DNA of 64,000 nucleotides from the human T2T-CHM13v2.0 reference genome, Homo sapiens: the NCBI RefSeq assembly GCF_009914755.1, contig NC_060926.1. One strand, 5' to 3'. This document shows, piece after piece, positions 1 through 17,922 of the stretch. Position 1 is the first letter of the stretch. The number at the start of each line of letters is the position of its first letter. The notes under the pieces are model-generated. The model saw nothing but the letters and a program-made list of their open reading frames with translations, ran no database searches and had not been told where the DNA came from. Position numbers and translations under genes: made by a program.

Positions 1-415
1 ACAATACGAAAATAAAAATTTATTTAAAATAATTTCGTTTTAAATCAAAAAGCCTTCTTACTCAGAAATTTTCACATGATTTCACTGGTTAATTCTGTCA
101 CAATTTGAAGAGGAAATAAGACCAATCTTACACAGCATTTTTCAGAAAAATAGGATAATAATAAAGAGGGAACATTCTCCAACTCATTATATAAGGCCAG
201 CATAATCTTAATAGAAAACCTGACAAAGATACTACAAAAATAAAATCATTATAGATGAATATTCTTATGAATATAGATATTAAAATCCTTAATAAAATAT
301 TAGCTAATCAAAGCCAACAATGTATGAAAAGGAAAATATATTGGACCAAGTAGGGTTTATCCCAGTAATTCAAGCTTGGATTTCACATCAAGAAAAAAAA
401 ATCATAGTAGTTTGT

Positions 416-545
416 TGTATTAGTTCATTTTTGCATAACTATAGAGGAATACCTGAGATTAGGAAATTTATTTAAAAATGAGGTATAATTGGCTTACAGT
501 TCTATGGGCTATACAAGCACGGCTCCACCATCTGCTTTTTATAAG
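416..545 (-). mobile_element. MST-type MaLR LTR fragment inside the L1M
   Basis: tgtattagttcatttttgcataactatagaggaatacctgag...aattggcttacagttct resembles the MST LTR end at 37696. Truncated after about 130 bp. Confidence 0.75.
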
Positions 546-1830
546 GTCAGAGGATAGGGGGCTCATATAAAAGCAACAAATACATTTTTGTATAACAGCA
601 ACAAATAACATTTAGGAATAATTTTAGCAAAAAAAAAATGAACAAGACCTCTTCACTTACAACTATTGAACATCACTGAGAAAAATTTAAAAGGCCTATG
701 TAACTAAAAAGATGTACCATGTTTACACATTTCCTTTCTTAGTATTGTTAAAATTATAATTTTTCCCAATTGTGTGTATGTATTTTTCCCAACACAATTC
801 CAATCCAAATTTTCCACAGACTTTAAAAAAGTATAAATTTATCAGATGACTCAAAAATGTATGTAGAAATCAAAATGACCTAGAATACTGCGGGCAATTT
901 AGAGAGAAAATTAATTTGGTGGACATGCACTATTTTAAATGTGGTTTGGCAACAAAAGGATAGATATAAAGGTCAATATAATAGAATAGAGGGTCTAGAA
1001 ATAAACTTATACATATATGACCAATTGATTTTCAGTAAGTACCCCAAAACAATCCAATGGGGAAGGGAACATTTCTTTTAGATGTTGCTAGGATAACTAG
1101 ATAAATACATGAGGAAAAGTGAACATTTACCCTTACCTCATACTGTGCTAAAAAACTAACAAGAAATGGATTATTAATATAAATGTAAAAAAGTAAAATT
1201 ATAATATTTCAACAAAGAAATAGAAGAGAAACCTTTGTGACCTTAATGTAGGCAAAGGTTTCTATGAAAGGAAAGTATAAGTAATCCAAGAAAAAAATGG
1301 TAACTTAGATTTCATCAGAATTTAACAACTTTGCACTTTGAAAGAAAACTTTAGCAAAACAAAAGAAGTAAGCCACATAGTAGGAGAAAACATACATATC
1401 CAGAATATATATAATACTCTTTTGAGTCTATAAGAAGACCAGAGACCTAATAAAAATGAACAAACTATTTGAATAGATACTTCTTAAGAAAGATGTAAAA
1501 ATGTCCAGTAAATACAATGGAGAAGATTCACAATATCTCAATTGGGAAAATGCATTTAAAATCAGAATGAGATAATACTACATAGACTAGTTAATCTTGC
1601 CTACTGAAAATAGACACAATTTTACTTCTTTTTCTTGATTATTTTGCCTTTCTTTTTTTTCCCTTTTATTACAATGACTAAAACTAAAAAGAATATACTA
1701 AGTGTTAGTGAAGATGTAGAACAACTAGAATTCTCATACATCACTGGTAGGACTACACAATGGTACAATCCTTTAGAAATCTGTTTGGCAATTTCTTAAA
1801 ATGTTAGACATTCACCTACTATAAGCACAC

Positions 1831-1912
1831 CCCAGCCTGGGCAACAGAACGAGACTCTGTCTCAAAACAAACAAACAAACAACAACAACAAAAACAACAA
1901 CAACAAAATAAA
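1831..1912 (+). mobile_element. Alu 3'-end fragment with AAAC/AAC tail
   Basis: cccagcctgggcaacagaacgagactctgtctc followed by an (aaac)n/(aac)n tail. Confidence 0.85.
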
Positions 1913-2419
1913 AAGACTAATTCATTTCACTCCTTGGCATTTACCCAAGAGAATAAAAACATTTGTCCACAGAAAAATGTATCCAGGAATACCAGTACAA
2001 TAATAGTAGCTTACATCACAGGAGCCCAGATCTGGAAACAACCATAATTGCAATAAAGACATAAATGTATAAACACATTTTGTTTCATGAATTCAAAAAA
2101 GTACTCAAAAAAACAAAACAAGCAAACAAAAACCAAAGGAACCTACTGATGCAAACAACATATTGGATGAATCTCAAAATGCTGATTGAAAAAATTCATA
2201 CAGAAAAGAGAACATACTATTTTGTTTTGTAGATATAAAATTCTAGAGAATGCAAACTACTAATCTATCATATCAAAACACAGAACAATGGTTTCTGAAA
2301 CAGTGGGGAGGGAATCATGGAATGCAAATGGGACCATGACACTTTTGTTTTCTGTCTTGTTTGTGATGGCTGTTTTCTGTGTAATACACATTGGTCAACA
2401 CTCACTTGAGAGGAGTAAT

Positions 2420-2680
2420 GACCTTCCATTGAGGGAAAAGTTAGCCTGAGGTAACCTTACAGGAAAGGAGCCAGGAGAGTAAATATCCAGACCTCACTCT
2501 TCTTGGGCTTGTTAGTGTCTTGGCAGGCAGAGTTCCTACTGGCTGAACTGACAGGAAACCAAAGGTTATAGCCCTGCCGATGGTGTCCAAACAAATCAGT
2601 CTCTAGCAGCAGCATGAAGAGTGGGGAAGGACAGAGTGGAACCAAAGAAGGAAGAGATGCAGCATTGATCATTTGCCAAT
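2420..2680 (-). mobile_element. Old ERVL/MaLR-type LTR fragment (LTR33/MLT-like)
   Basis: Purine-rich tract with motifs such as cctactggctgaactgacaggaaaccaaagg and cagagtgga. Weak match from recall only. Confidence 0.35.
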
Positions 2681-3199
2681 GTTCAGATTATATTTTAGGG
2701 TTTGATTTTCTCCAAGCCCCATTAATAAACGTTATTGCAATATATTCTTCATAGCATTGTTCCATTTTCTTTAGCTCAACGAGTTCACATAAACCATGGT
2801 TTATCCTAATAGAATGGTTTCTGGACCTTTCCTTTTTAAGGAATCCCTAATGGCAGAGGGAGATAAATACTTAACTCTTAGGAAATCTGGGAGCATGGCT
2901 TGAAATTTACTGTATACATCCAATTTCTTCTAAGTCTCTTTTTGTTTGTTTCAGCTAAATAATTGATGTGAGTTTTGAATTGCACTGCATAGAACATTTG
3001 TTTGATATTACATCAAAGTTACTTACAAAAAGGAAAAATCAAACTAAAAAATATCCTGACTTTGTAAAATAGTTTTTTTCAGATCAATTTCCAGTAATTG
3101 GGTAAAAATAAGATCACAGATTTTTTTCTAATCTATAAAATATTAACAGCCATAAATATTAAATCTTCATATTCCAAGTAGCCACTGTTATTTCTTCTA

Positions 3200-3676
<477 letters not shown>

Positions 3677-4074
3677 TTAAAACATGCCTGTTGGCTTTTT
3701 AATAGCCAAAATTTTTTTCAGACTTATTTGACTGTGGAATTCTTTTCTGCTAAACACCTATTTACATCTCACGGAGCACTAAATATAGTTGATAAATGTT
3801 GCTCGAACCTAAGGAAGCACAAATAATAAACCACCTCAAGTATATAAGTTTTTTCAAATGAAGATTAGCTGTTTCTTTTGGGGCTGGTGTCTGTTGCCTA
3901 ATTCCTTTATGAGCCTCTTCTCTATGTTCCCACAGTTCTTTATGTGTCCTTCATATTTTATGTCTCCTGCTGCTTATTGGTGCTTGACACACAGAAAGCA
4001 TTCCATAACTATGTATTGGATTTGGAACACATTAAGTTCATTAGCTACTTTTTATTTTCTTTACGTTTCTCCCG

Positions 4075-4418
<344 letters not shown>

Positions 4419-4816
4419 TAGGGACCATCTGTTTACTCATCAATGCAAACATTCAGAATTTGGAAAAGAAAGAGTCAATAAAAAGAAAAATGAGAATGTT
4501 GCTTTGTAGGTTAATGTATAGAATTGCTGTGAGAGTTCAGAAGAATTCATTTTTATTAGTACAATGGCCAGATACAAGCAAACCTGCCGCTGTCGGGAAA
4601 TGTGCCTGGAGATTATTTTGTACTCTTACTGATCTTGCCTATAAGGAGAGTAAACAAATAGATCAAGTTAGAGCCAACACTTCAGGTCATGCAGTGACAT
4701 CTAGCGTGTGTAGGAAACAGCATTTTGGAATCACATGGTCACCTGACTCTTAAAAGATACAACCTTTTTAAAAAATCTTTCAAACGTTTTGTCTTAAAAT
4801 TGTAAAGCAAAAATAG

Positions 4817-8592
<3,776 letters not shown>

Positions 8593-9992
8593 AAGTTAAA
8601 AAAAATTATTTATTTTTTGTGAGGCATTTTATTTATTTATTTAAATTTATTTTTATATTAATAGGTTTTTGGGGGAACAGGTGGTGTTTGGTTACATGAA
8701 TAAATTCTTTAGTGGTGATTTCTTAATTTTTAGTGTACCCATCACCCAAGCAGTGTACACTGTACTCAATGTGTAGTCTTTTATCCCTCACCCAACTCCC
8801 ACCCCTTCCCCCAAGCTCCAAAGTCCATTGTATCATTCTTAAGCCTTTGCATCCTCATTACTTAGCTCCCACTTATGACTGAGAACATGCAATGTTTGGT
8901 TTTCCATTCACAAGTTACTTCACTTAGAATAACAATTTCAAATTCCATCCAGCTAGCTGCCAATGCCATTGTTTTGTTCCTTTTTATGGCTGAGTAATAA
9001 TATTCCATGATATATATACCACATTTTCTTTATCCACTCATTGATTGATGGGCATTTGAGCTGGTTCCATATTTTTGCAATTGCAAATTGTGCTGCTATA
9101 AACTTGCGTGTGCAAGTCTCTTTTGTGTATAATGACTTCTTTTTCTCTGGGTAGATACCTAGTAGTAGGATTGTTGGATCAAATGTTAGATCTACTTTTA
9201 GTTCATTAAGGAATCTCCACACTGTTTTCCATAGTTGTACTAGGTTACATTCCCACCAACAATGTAAAAGTGTTCTTTATTCACTGCATCCACACCAACA
9301 TCTACAATTTTTTGATTTTTTGATCATGGCTATTCTTGCAGGAGTAAGGTTGGTATCACATTGTGGTTTTCATTTGCATTTCCCTAATAATTAGTGATGT
9401 TGAGCATTTTTTCATGTTTTTTGGCCATTTGTATGTCTTCTTTTGAGAATTGTCTATTCATGTCCTTAGCCCACTGATGTGATTTTTTTAAATTTCTTGC
9501 TGATTTGTTTGAATTCTTTGTAGATCCTGAATATTAATCCTTTGTCAGATGTGTAGATTGTGAAGATTTTCCTCCACTCTGTGGGTTGTCTGTTAACTCT
9601 GCTGATTATTTCTTTTGCTGTGAAGCTTTTTAGTTTAATTAACTCTCATCTATTTATCTTTGTTTTCGTTGCATTTGCTTTGGGGTTCTTGGTCATGAAG
9701 TCTTTGCCTAACCCAATGTCTAAAATGATCTTTTCAATGTCATCTTCTAGAATCCTTATGGTTTCAGTTCTTATATTGAAGTATTTGACCCATCTTGAGT
9801 TGATTTTTGTATAATGTAAGACGATGAGGATCCAGTTTCATTCTCCTGCAGTGGATTGCCAATTATCCTAGCACCATTTGTTGAATAGGGTGCCCTTTCC
9901 CCACTTAATGTTTTTGTTTGCTTTGTCAAAGATCAGTTGGCTTCATTTCTGGGTTCTCTATTCTGTTCCATTTGGTCTATGTGCCTATTTTT

Positions 9993-10296
<304 letters not shown>

Positions 10297-13200
10297 TATG
10301 TGCCTATTTTTATACAAGTACCATGCTGTTTTGGCAACTATGGCCTTATAGTATAGTTTGAAGTTGGGTAATGTGATGCCTCCAGATTTGTTCTTTTTGC
10401 TTGGTCTTGCTTTAGCTCTGCAGGCTTTTTTGGTTGCATATGAATTCTAGGATTTTTTTTTCTAGTTACATGAGGAATAATGGTGGTATATTGATGGGAA
10501 TTGAGTTGAATTTGTAGATTGCTTTTGGCAGTATGGTCATTTTCAGAATATTGATTCTACCCATCCACAAGCATGGGATGTGTTTCCATTTGTTTGTTTG
10601 TGTTGTTTGTGATTTCTTTCAGCAGTGTTTTGTAGTTTTCTTCTTAGAAACCTTTCACCTCCTTGGTTAGGTATATTCCTAAGTATTTTATTTTTTGCTA
10701 TTGTAAAAGGGGGTTGAGTTCTTGATTTGATTCTCAGCTTGGTTGCTGTTGGTGTATAGCAGAGCTACTGATTTCTGTGCATTAATTTTGTATCCTGAAA
10801 CTTTGCTGAATTCATCTACCAGTTCTAGAAGCTTTTTGGATGAGTCTTTAGAGCTTTCTAGGTATACAATCATATAATCAGCAAACAGCAACAGTTTGAC
10901 TTTCTCTTTACCAATTTGGATGCTCTTGATTTCTTTCTCTTGTCTGATGGCTTTGCCTAGGACCTCCAGTACTATCTTGAATAGAAGCGGTGAAAGTGGG
11001 CATTTTTGTCTTGTTCCAGTTCTCAAAGGGAATGTTTTCAACTTTTCCCCATTCAGTATAATGATGGTTGTGGGTTTGTCATAGATGGGTTTTATTACCT
11101 TAAGGTATGTCCCTTCTATGCCGATTTTGCTGAGGGTTTTAATCATAAACGGATGCTGGATTTTGTCAAATGTTATTTCTGTGTCTATTGAGATGATCAT
11201 ATGATTTTTGTTTTTAATTCTGTTTATGTGGTGTGTCACATTTATTGATTTGCAGATGTTAAACCATTCCAGCATCCCTGGTATGAAACCCACTTGATAA
11301 TGATGGATTCTTTTTGATATACTGTTGGATTTGGCTAGCTCGTATTTTGTTGAGGATTTTTGCATCTATGTTCATTAGGGATATTGGTCTGTAGTTTTCT
11401 TTTCTTGTTATGTCCTTCCCTGGTTTTGGTATTAGGGTAATACCGGCTTCATAGAATGGTTTAGGAAGGATTCCCTCTTTCTCTCTCCTGTCGAATAGTG
11501 TCAGTAGGATTGGTACCAATTCTTCCTTGAATGTCTGATAGAATTCAGCAGTAAATTAATCTGGTCCTGGACTTTTTTATTGGCAATTTTTTAGTTCCCA
11601 TTTCAATCTGGCTGCTGGTTATTGGCCTGTTCAGAGTTCTATATCTTCCTGGTATAATCTAGGAGGGTTGTATATTTCCAGGAATCTGTCCATCTCATTT
11701 AGGTTTTCTAGTTTATGTCCATAAAGATGTTTATAGTAGCCTTGAATAATATTTTGTATTTCTGTGGTATCAGTATATCCCATTTCATTTCTAATTGAGC
11801 TTATTTGGATCTTCTCTCTTCTTTTCTTGTTTAATCTCACTAATGGTCTATCATTTTATTTATCTTTTCAAACAACCAGCTTTTTGTTACATTTATCTTT
11901 TGTATTGTTCTTGTTGTTTCAGTTTCATTTAATTCTCTGCTCTGATCTTTGTCATTACTTTTCTTCTGTTGGGTTTGGGTTTGGAATGTCCTTGTTTCTC
12001 TAGTTTTGTGAGATGTGACCCCAGTTTGCTCTTTCAAACTTTCTGATGTAGGCATTTAATGCTATGAATTTTCCTCTTAGCACCACTATTGCTGAGGTTT
12101 TGATGGGTTGTGTCACTATTATTGCTCAGTTCAAATAATTTTTAAAAATTCGTTTCATTGTTGACCCAATGATCATTCAGGAGCAGGTTACTTAATTTCT
12201 ATATATATATATGCATGGTTTTGAGGGTTTTGTTAGGAGTTAATTTCCAATTTTATTCCATTGTGGTCTGAGAGAGTACTTGATATCATTTTGATTTTCT
12301 TAAATTTACTGAGACTTGTTTTGTGCCTTATCATGCGGTCTATCTTGGAGAATGTTCCGTGTGTTAATGCATAGAATGTATATTCTGCAGCTGTTGGTAG
12401 AATGTTCTGTAAATATCTGTTAAGTCCATTTGTTCTAGGATATAGTTTAAGTCCATTGTCTCACAGTTTACTTTCAGTCTTGATGACCTGTCAGTGGAGT
12501 ATTGAAGTCTCCCACTATTATTGTGTTGGCATTGATCTCATTTCTTATGTCTTGTAATAATTGTTTTATAAATTTTGGAGCTCCAGTTTTAGGTGCGTAT
12601 ATATTTAGGATTGTGATATTTTCCTGTAGACTAGAACTTTTATCATTATATAATGTCCTTCTTTGTCTTTTTTTATTCCTGCTGCTTTACAGTTTGTTTG
12701 ATATATGAATAGCTACTCCTGCTTGCTTTTGGTGTCCATTTGTATGGAATATCTTTTTCCACACCTTTACCTTAGGTTTACGTGAGTCTTTATGTGTTAA
12801 CTGAGTCTCCTGAAGACAGCAGAAACTTGGTTTGTGAGTTATTATCCAGTCTGCCATTCTGTATCTTTTAAGTGGAGCACTTAGGCCATTTACATTCAAT
12901 GTTAGTATTGAGATGTGAGGTACTATTCTATTTGTCATGCTATTTATTGCCTGAATACCTTTTTTTCATTGTATTATTGTTTTATACGTCCTGTGAGATT
13001 TACTGTTTAAGTAGGGTCTATTTTGCTGTGTTTCCAGGATTTGTTTCAATATTTAGAGCTCTTTGAGCAGTTCTTGTAGTGCTGGCTTAGTAGTGATGAA
13101 TTCTCTCAGCATTTGTTTGTCTGGAAAAGATGTTATCTTTCCTTAATTTATGAAGCTTAGTTTTGCTGGATACAAAATTCTTGGCTGATAATTGTTTTGT

Positions 13201-13819
13201 TTAAGGAGGCTAAAGATAGGACCCCAATCCCTTCTAGCTTGTAGGGTTTCTGCTGAGAAATCTGCTGTTACTCTTATAGGTTTTCCTTTATAGGTTATCT
13301 GATCCTTTTGCCTGACAGCTCTTAAGATTCTTTCCTTTGTCTTGACTTTATATAACCTGATGACTATGTGCCTAGGCAATGAACTTTTTGTGATGAATTT
13401 CCCAGGTGTTCTTCAGGCTGCCTGTATTTGGATGTCTAGATCACCAGCAAGGCCAGGGAAGTTTTCCTCTATTATTCCCTCAAACATGTTTTCCAGACTT
13501 TTAGATTTCTCTTCTTCCTTGGGAACATCAATCATTCTTAGGTTTAGATGCTTAGCATAGTCCCAAACTTCTTGGAGGCTTGGTTCATTTTTTAAAATTC
13601 TTTTTTCTTTGTCTTTGATGGATTAATTTGATGGGTTAGTTCAAAAGCCTTGTATTCAAGCTCTAAAGTTCTTTCTTCTGCTTGTTAGATTCTATTGCTG
13701 AGACTTTCCAGTGCATTTTGCATTTCTCTAAGTGTGTTCTTGATTTCCAGAAGTTGTGATTGTTTTTTATTCGTTATTTCACTGAAGAATTTTTATTTCG
13801 TATCCTGCATCATGTGTTT

Positions 13820-14133
13820 TCCTTCTTTCTTTCCTTCTTTTTTATTTTTATTTTTGGAGATGGAGTCTCACTCTGTCGCCAGGCTGGAGTGCAGTGTGCT
13901 ATCTCAGTTCACTGCAAGCTCTGCTTCCCAAGTTCAAGCAATTCTCTTGCCTCAGCCTCCCAAGTAGCTAGGACTACAGGCCCGTGCCACGATGCACAGC
14001 TAAGTTTTGTATTTTTAGTAGAGATGGGATCTCACCATATTGGCCAGGATGGTCTCTATCTCCTGATCTCGTGATCCACTAGCCTCGGCCTCCCAAAGTG
14101 CTGGGATTACAGGCTTGAACCACCATGCCCAGG
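13820..14133 (-). mobile_element. AluSc-type SINE inside L1PB1 ORF1
   Basis: ctgtcgccaggctgg and ggatggtctc...ctcgtgatcc match Sc diagnostics. Confidence 0.92.
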
Positions 14134-15435
14134 TGATGTTTTTTATTTCTTTAAGTTGAAGTTCACTTTTCTCTGGTGCCTGCTTGATTAGCTTAATAAT
14201 TGACCTTCTGAATTCTTTTTCTGGCAATTCAGAGATTTCATCTTGGTTTGGATTCATTGCTGGTGAGCTGGTGTGATCTTTGGGGGTGCTAAAGAACCTT
14301 GTTTTGTCATATTACCAGAATTGTTATTCTAGTTCCTTCTCATTTGGGTGGACTACGTCAGAGGGAAGATATGGGACTGAAGAGCTGCCGTTTAGATTAT
14401 TTTGTCCCACATGGTGTTCCCTTGATGTGATGGTCTCCCCATTCCCTTAGGGATGGGGCTTCCAGAGAGCCAAACTGTGGTACTTGTTTTTGCTCTTCTG
14501 GGTCTGGCCACCTGGAAGAAGCTACTGGGCTCTGGGTTCGTACTGGGGAGTGTCTGCAAGGGTCCAGTGATGTGATCTGCCTTCAGATCTTTCAGCCATG
14601 GACACCAGCACCTGCTCCAGTGGAGGCAGCAGGGGAGTGAAATGGACTCTGTGAGGGTCCTTGGTTGTGTTTTTGCTTAGTGTACTGATTTTGTGTTGGT
14701 TGGCCTCCAGCCAGAAGGTGGCACTCTCAAGAGCACATCAGCTCTTATAGGGAGGAAGCAAACATGCCCTAGGGTCGCCTGGTTATGTATTCAGGTTTCT
14801 CAGGCAGTGGGCAGGGCCATAGAGCTCCCAAGAGATTATGTCCTTTGTCTTTGGCAACTAGGGCAGATAGAAAAAGATCACCAGGTGGGAGCAGGGATAG
14901 ACATGTCTGAGCTCAGACTATCCTTGGATGGGGCTTGCTGCAGCTGCTATGGGGGATGGTGGTGTGGTTGGTTCCTAGGCCGGTGGAGTTATGTTCCCAC
15001 GTGGAGTATGGCTGCCTCTGCTAAGTCATACAGGTCACCAGGGAAGTGGGGGAAAGCAGGCAGTCACAGATCTGACTCTACACCCATGCAGCCCACAGTC
15101 CTAAAGGCTGGTCTCACCCCTACTGTACTCCCCCAACAACACTGAGTCTACTTCCAGGCAGCTGGTGACCAGGGCTGAGAACTTGCCCCAACTACCAGCC
15201 TCCCCGCTGATGAAGCAAGTTGACTCACGGTTTTTTAGCATCTCAGGGAGCCTGCAGCAGTGATCCAGTTCCTTCAAAGGGTTTATGGATTCTCTCAGCT
15301 TTCCTGGTATGTTGCTGCGGTAGTTCTTGGAGCAAAAGCTCATGATGTGAGTCTCCGCAGGCTGCTCTGTCTCCCAAGTGGGAGCTGCATGGTAGTCCTG
15401 ACTCCTATCTGCCATCTTCCCCCCTATAAATCTCC

Positions 15436-15711
15436 TAAGAACTTTAACCCTTTTGCCGGCATGTCAAGTTTCTGGGTTCTCTTCCTCTGAGCCGTTAGCC
15501 CTATCACCCTGGAGTCCTGCGAAGGTGAAACAGACAAAGAAGTTGTCCTTCCCCAAGAGATTGGCAGGCAGTTTAAGGTTTGGGGAAATTAAACCCTTCC
15601 CAGTTTGGGGGATGCATCCGAGGGAAGTGTCTTGTGGTTATAGAAACGTGATTACCCGTCCAGGAAGAGAGGACAGAGGAAGAAAGAAGGAAATAGCGGG
15701 CGCTGTGTGTG
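15436..15711 (-). mobile_element. MER52-int leader segment, resuming the internal sequence broken at 8592
   Basis: taagaactttaacccttttgccggcatgtcaagtttctgggtt continues agtctgactagtaagaa, as in MER4-group internal sequence. Confidence 0.7.
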
Positions 15712-15995
15712 GGGAGAGGCCAGGCAGCGGGAGCAGGTACTTTTGAGCCTGCGGGGAAACAGGAGCTTCCAGGGTCCCTGAGAGTGCAGGGCTGCCTCAG
15801 TCAGCAGCCATGGCTGGGCAGCTGCAGCTGCGTCAGGGAGCTGGGGCTCCCGCCCTGCCAACTGAAAACGGGGCGGGGCTTCCACCTGTTTCTGGTTCCC
15901 ACCAGTTCCACGGAGTGCGCAGACCTGGCGGAGCCTCCCCTGCTGCAGCTGGAGTCCCCGCAGCGGCTGCTTCAGACGGGCCACCGCTGCCATCA
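15712..15995 (-). mobile_element. Truncated 5' LTR of the MER52 provirus (only the first ~285 bp remain)
   Basis: Aligns with 6348-6634 and ends ...gccatca. It is followed by atag (15996-15999), matching atag (4813-4816), a 4-bp ERV1 TSD. Confidence 0.88.
15870..15879 (+). promoter_or_regulatory. GC box (Sp/KLF) in the CpG-rich LTR remnant
   Basis: Exact GGGGCGGGGC. The sister LTR reads aggggccagc at this position. Confidence 0.45.
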
Positions 15996-17104
15996 ATAGT
16001 GATTCCTTTGCTTATATTTAAGAACTTGAAACTGTTTTAATAAATAATTAGAATATTTAAAAGCACAGACCATAAAGAAAAACCCTAGATGAAATGTTTA
16101 AAGAAATGTTGTAAATAAATTAACTGAAACTTCTTGTTAAAAGTGTTATTGTAGATGGTCATTGAATTGCTTCTATATAGATAGGAGGTGTCAAATTCCA
16201 GCAATCAACATTTAACTCTCTGTGTATGTGTGTGAACTTGGTTGAGCCAGGCGTAGTGAATAATAGTCACTAATTACAACTACTTTCTTCCTCTCCCAGG
16301 GCTAGACCATGCAAAGCTTTGGCCCCTAAGGGACTCAGACCTGACTCTAGCAGAAGGCCTTTTATGTTTGCCTCAGGGGATTATAAAGTTTTTCAAGAAG
16401 CCTAGTTTCATTTCATTAATTGGTGATGGAAAAATCTCGTAATTAAAAATTTTTAGATACAGGGCCTAAATTTGTTTTCAGTGAGACTTATTTTTACTAC
16501 TAAGTATATTTTTATCTCATTTTTACACTGCACTATGTTGTTTGATTGCACTTATTTGAGAAATATTTTGGTAGCAATACCAGGACTTGTCTTAAAGGAG
16601 CTGTGACCCTTTAGGGTCTCAGGAAATTTAGGAAAGAAACAGAGTATCTAATTGCAGGCAGAAAATGTTCCAGCCTAAGCATGACTCAAAGAATGCAAAT
16701 CTCACAATGATTTATTTTAAGCCACAATATTGCAATATCATTTTTAGTCTGTCCCAATTTCATCTCTCCACCCAAATCCGAGAGATGTTCCTAACAAAAG
16801 GGACAAGGGTAAACGTTTCTGGGGGTACGTATTGTTTCCAAAAGACTTGTCTGGCCCTTTGATATTTTATTACTACAATAACTCCACATAAGCTACGGCC
16901 AGAATCTTGAGCTGGACTCATTTACTCAATACGTGATTACTGAGTGTCTAGGATAAGCCAGGAACCATTCCAGGCTTAGACAGAGACCCTGCCCTTAAGA
17001 AGCTTGTATTCTATCTGAGAAGACTGGAAACAAACACGTATATAAAGCCAACACAGGTAACAAGGAGTGTAGGCTAAGGAGGTGCTATTTTATGCAGACA
17101 CACC

Positions 17105-17312
17105 AACGTTGCCAGGAATTATCAGCCTGGCGGCACATTAGAATCACCTGGGAGTCATGAACAAAATTGACCAAGCCTTTCAACTCACCTTCAGCGATTC
17201 TGCTTTAATTAGTCAGAGATTCTGATTTAATATGTTGAGGCCTGGGCTCTGTTGTAGTTTAAAAACTTGCCAGGTGATTCTTATGTGCAGCCAGAATTGA
17301 GAAGCTGTGGTC
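17105..17312. mobile_element. MER5-type hAT-Charlie DNA transposon
   Basis: gcacattagaatcacctggga...gattctgatttaa...ccaggtgattcttatgtgcagccagaattgagaa. Confidence 0.75.
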
Positions 17313-17862
17313 TAAAATAGGAGGGATAAGGACGTATCAGCAAAAGAGACAGAGACTGTGGTTGGCGAGGTAGGAAGCAGACAGGAGAGCCGTGGTGTAG
17401 GTTTCAACTGAAGAAAATGTTTCTAGAAGGAAAGAGTTACCCAGCAAATACAAGCAGAAGGAGAGAGTGGGCCACTCTGTGGTATCTCGCAATGGAGCAG
17501 ACACTGTTGGACAAGAGCAGATTCACTGGAGAGGTAAGGATGAAAGACTGACCTAGGAGTTACAAGAGGGAGCGAGAGAAGCAGAGAGAAAAAGAATAAC
17601 TCTGTCCAGACGATTTCCTTTATTTGGGAGCAGAGAAAGGGGTGGAAGGAGGAAGAGGATGTGGAGTTGGAGGAGGAGGATTCTTAAAAAATCTATTCAT
17701 GCCTTTTGATAGGAGCTATTAAAGTACATTTGTATGGTCCTGGGAATGACTCAGCAAAAAGGAAGAAATTGTTGAGATAGGAGAAAGAAGAAATTTCTAG
17801 ATGTCCTGGAATGTGGTGGAAGAGTTGGGGTCCACTGCAAAAAAAAAAGGGGCGGGGGTTGG

Positions 17863-17922
17863 CTATAGATTAGGGATGACCCAAGCAGGTTCCTATAGAT
17901 TAGGCGTGATTCAAGCAGGTTC
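17863..17922 (+). repeat. 30-bp tandem duplication (2 copies)
   Basis: ctatagattagggatgacccaagcaggttc followed by ctatagattaggcgtgattcaagcaggttc (26/30 identical). Confidence 0.9.

Larger units (their letters stand above)
1..2330 (+). mobile_element. Old L1M (L1MB/L1ME-type) LINE, decayed ORF2 through 3' UTR; begins before the window
   Basis: A-rich, with L1 ORF2-like tracts (ccaactcattatataaggccagcataatc; ggaccaagtagggtttatcccag) and 3' UTR motifs (gaagatgtagaacaactagaattctcatacatcactggtagg; ggatgaatctcaaaa). No open frame. Confidence 0.8.

Noticed and set aside
10688-11365. 225-aa reverse-transcriptase-like ORF
   Set aside because: A fragment of dead L1PB1 ORF2. The catalytic FADD reads FADY and there are frameshifts on both sides, so it is not a novel RT system.
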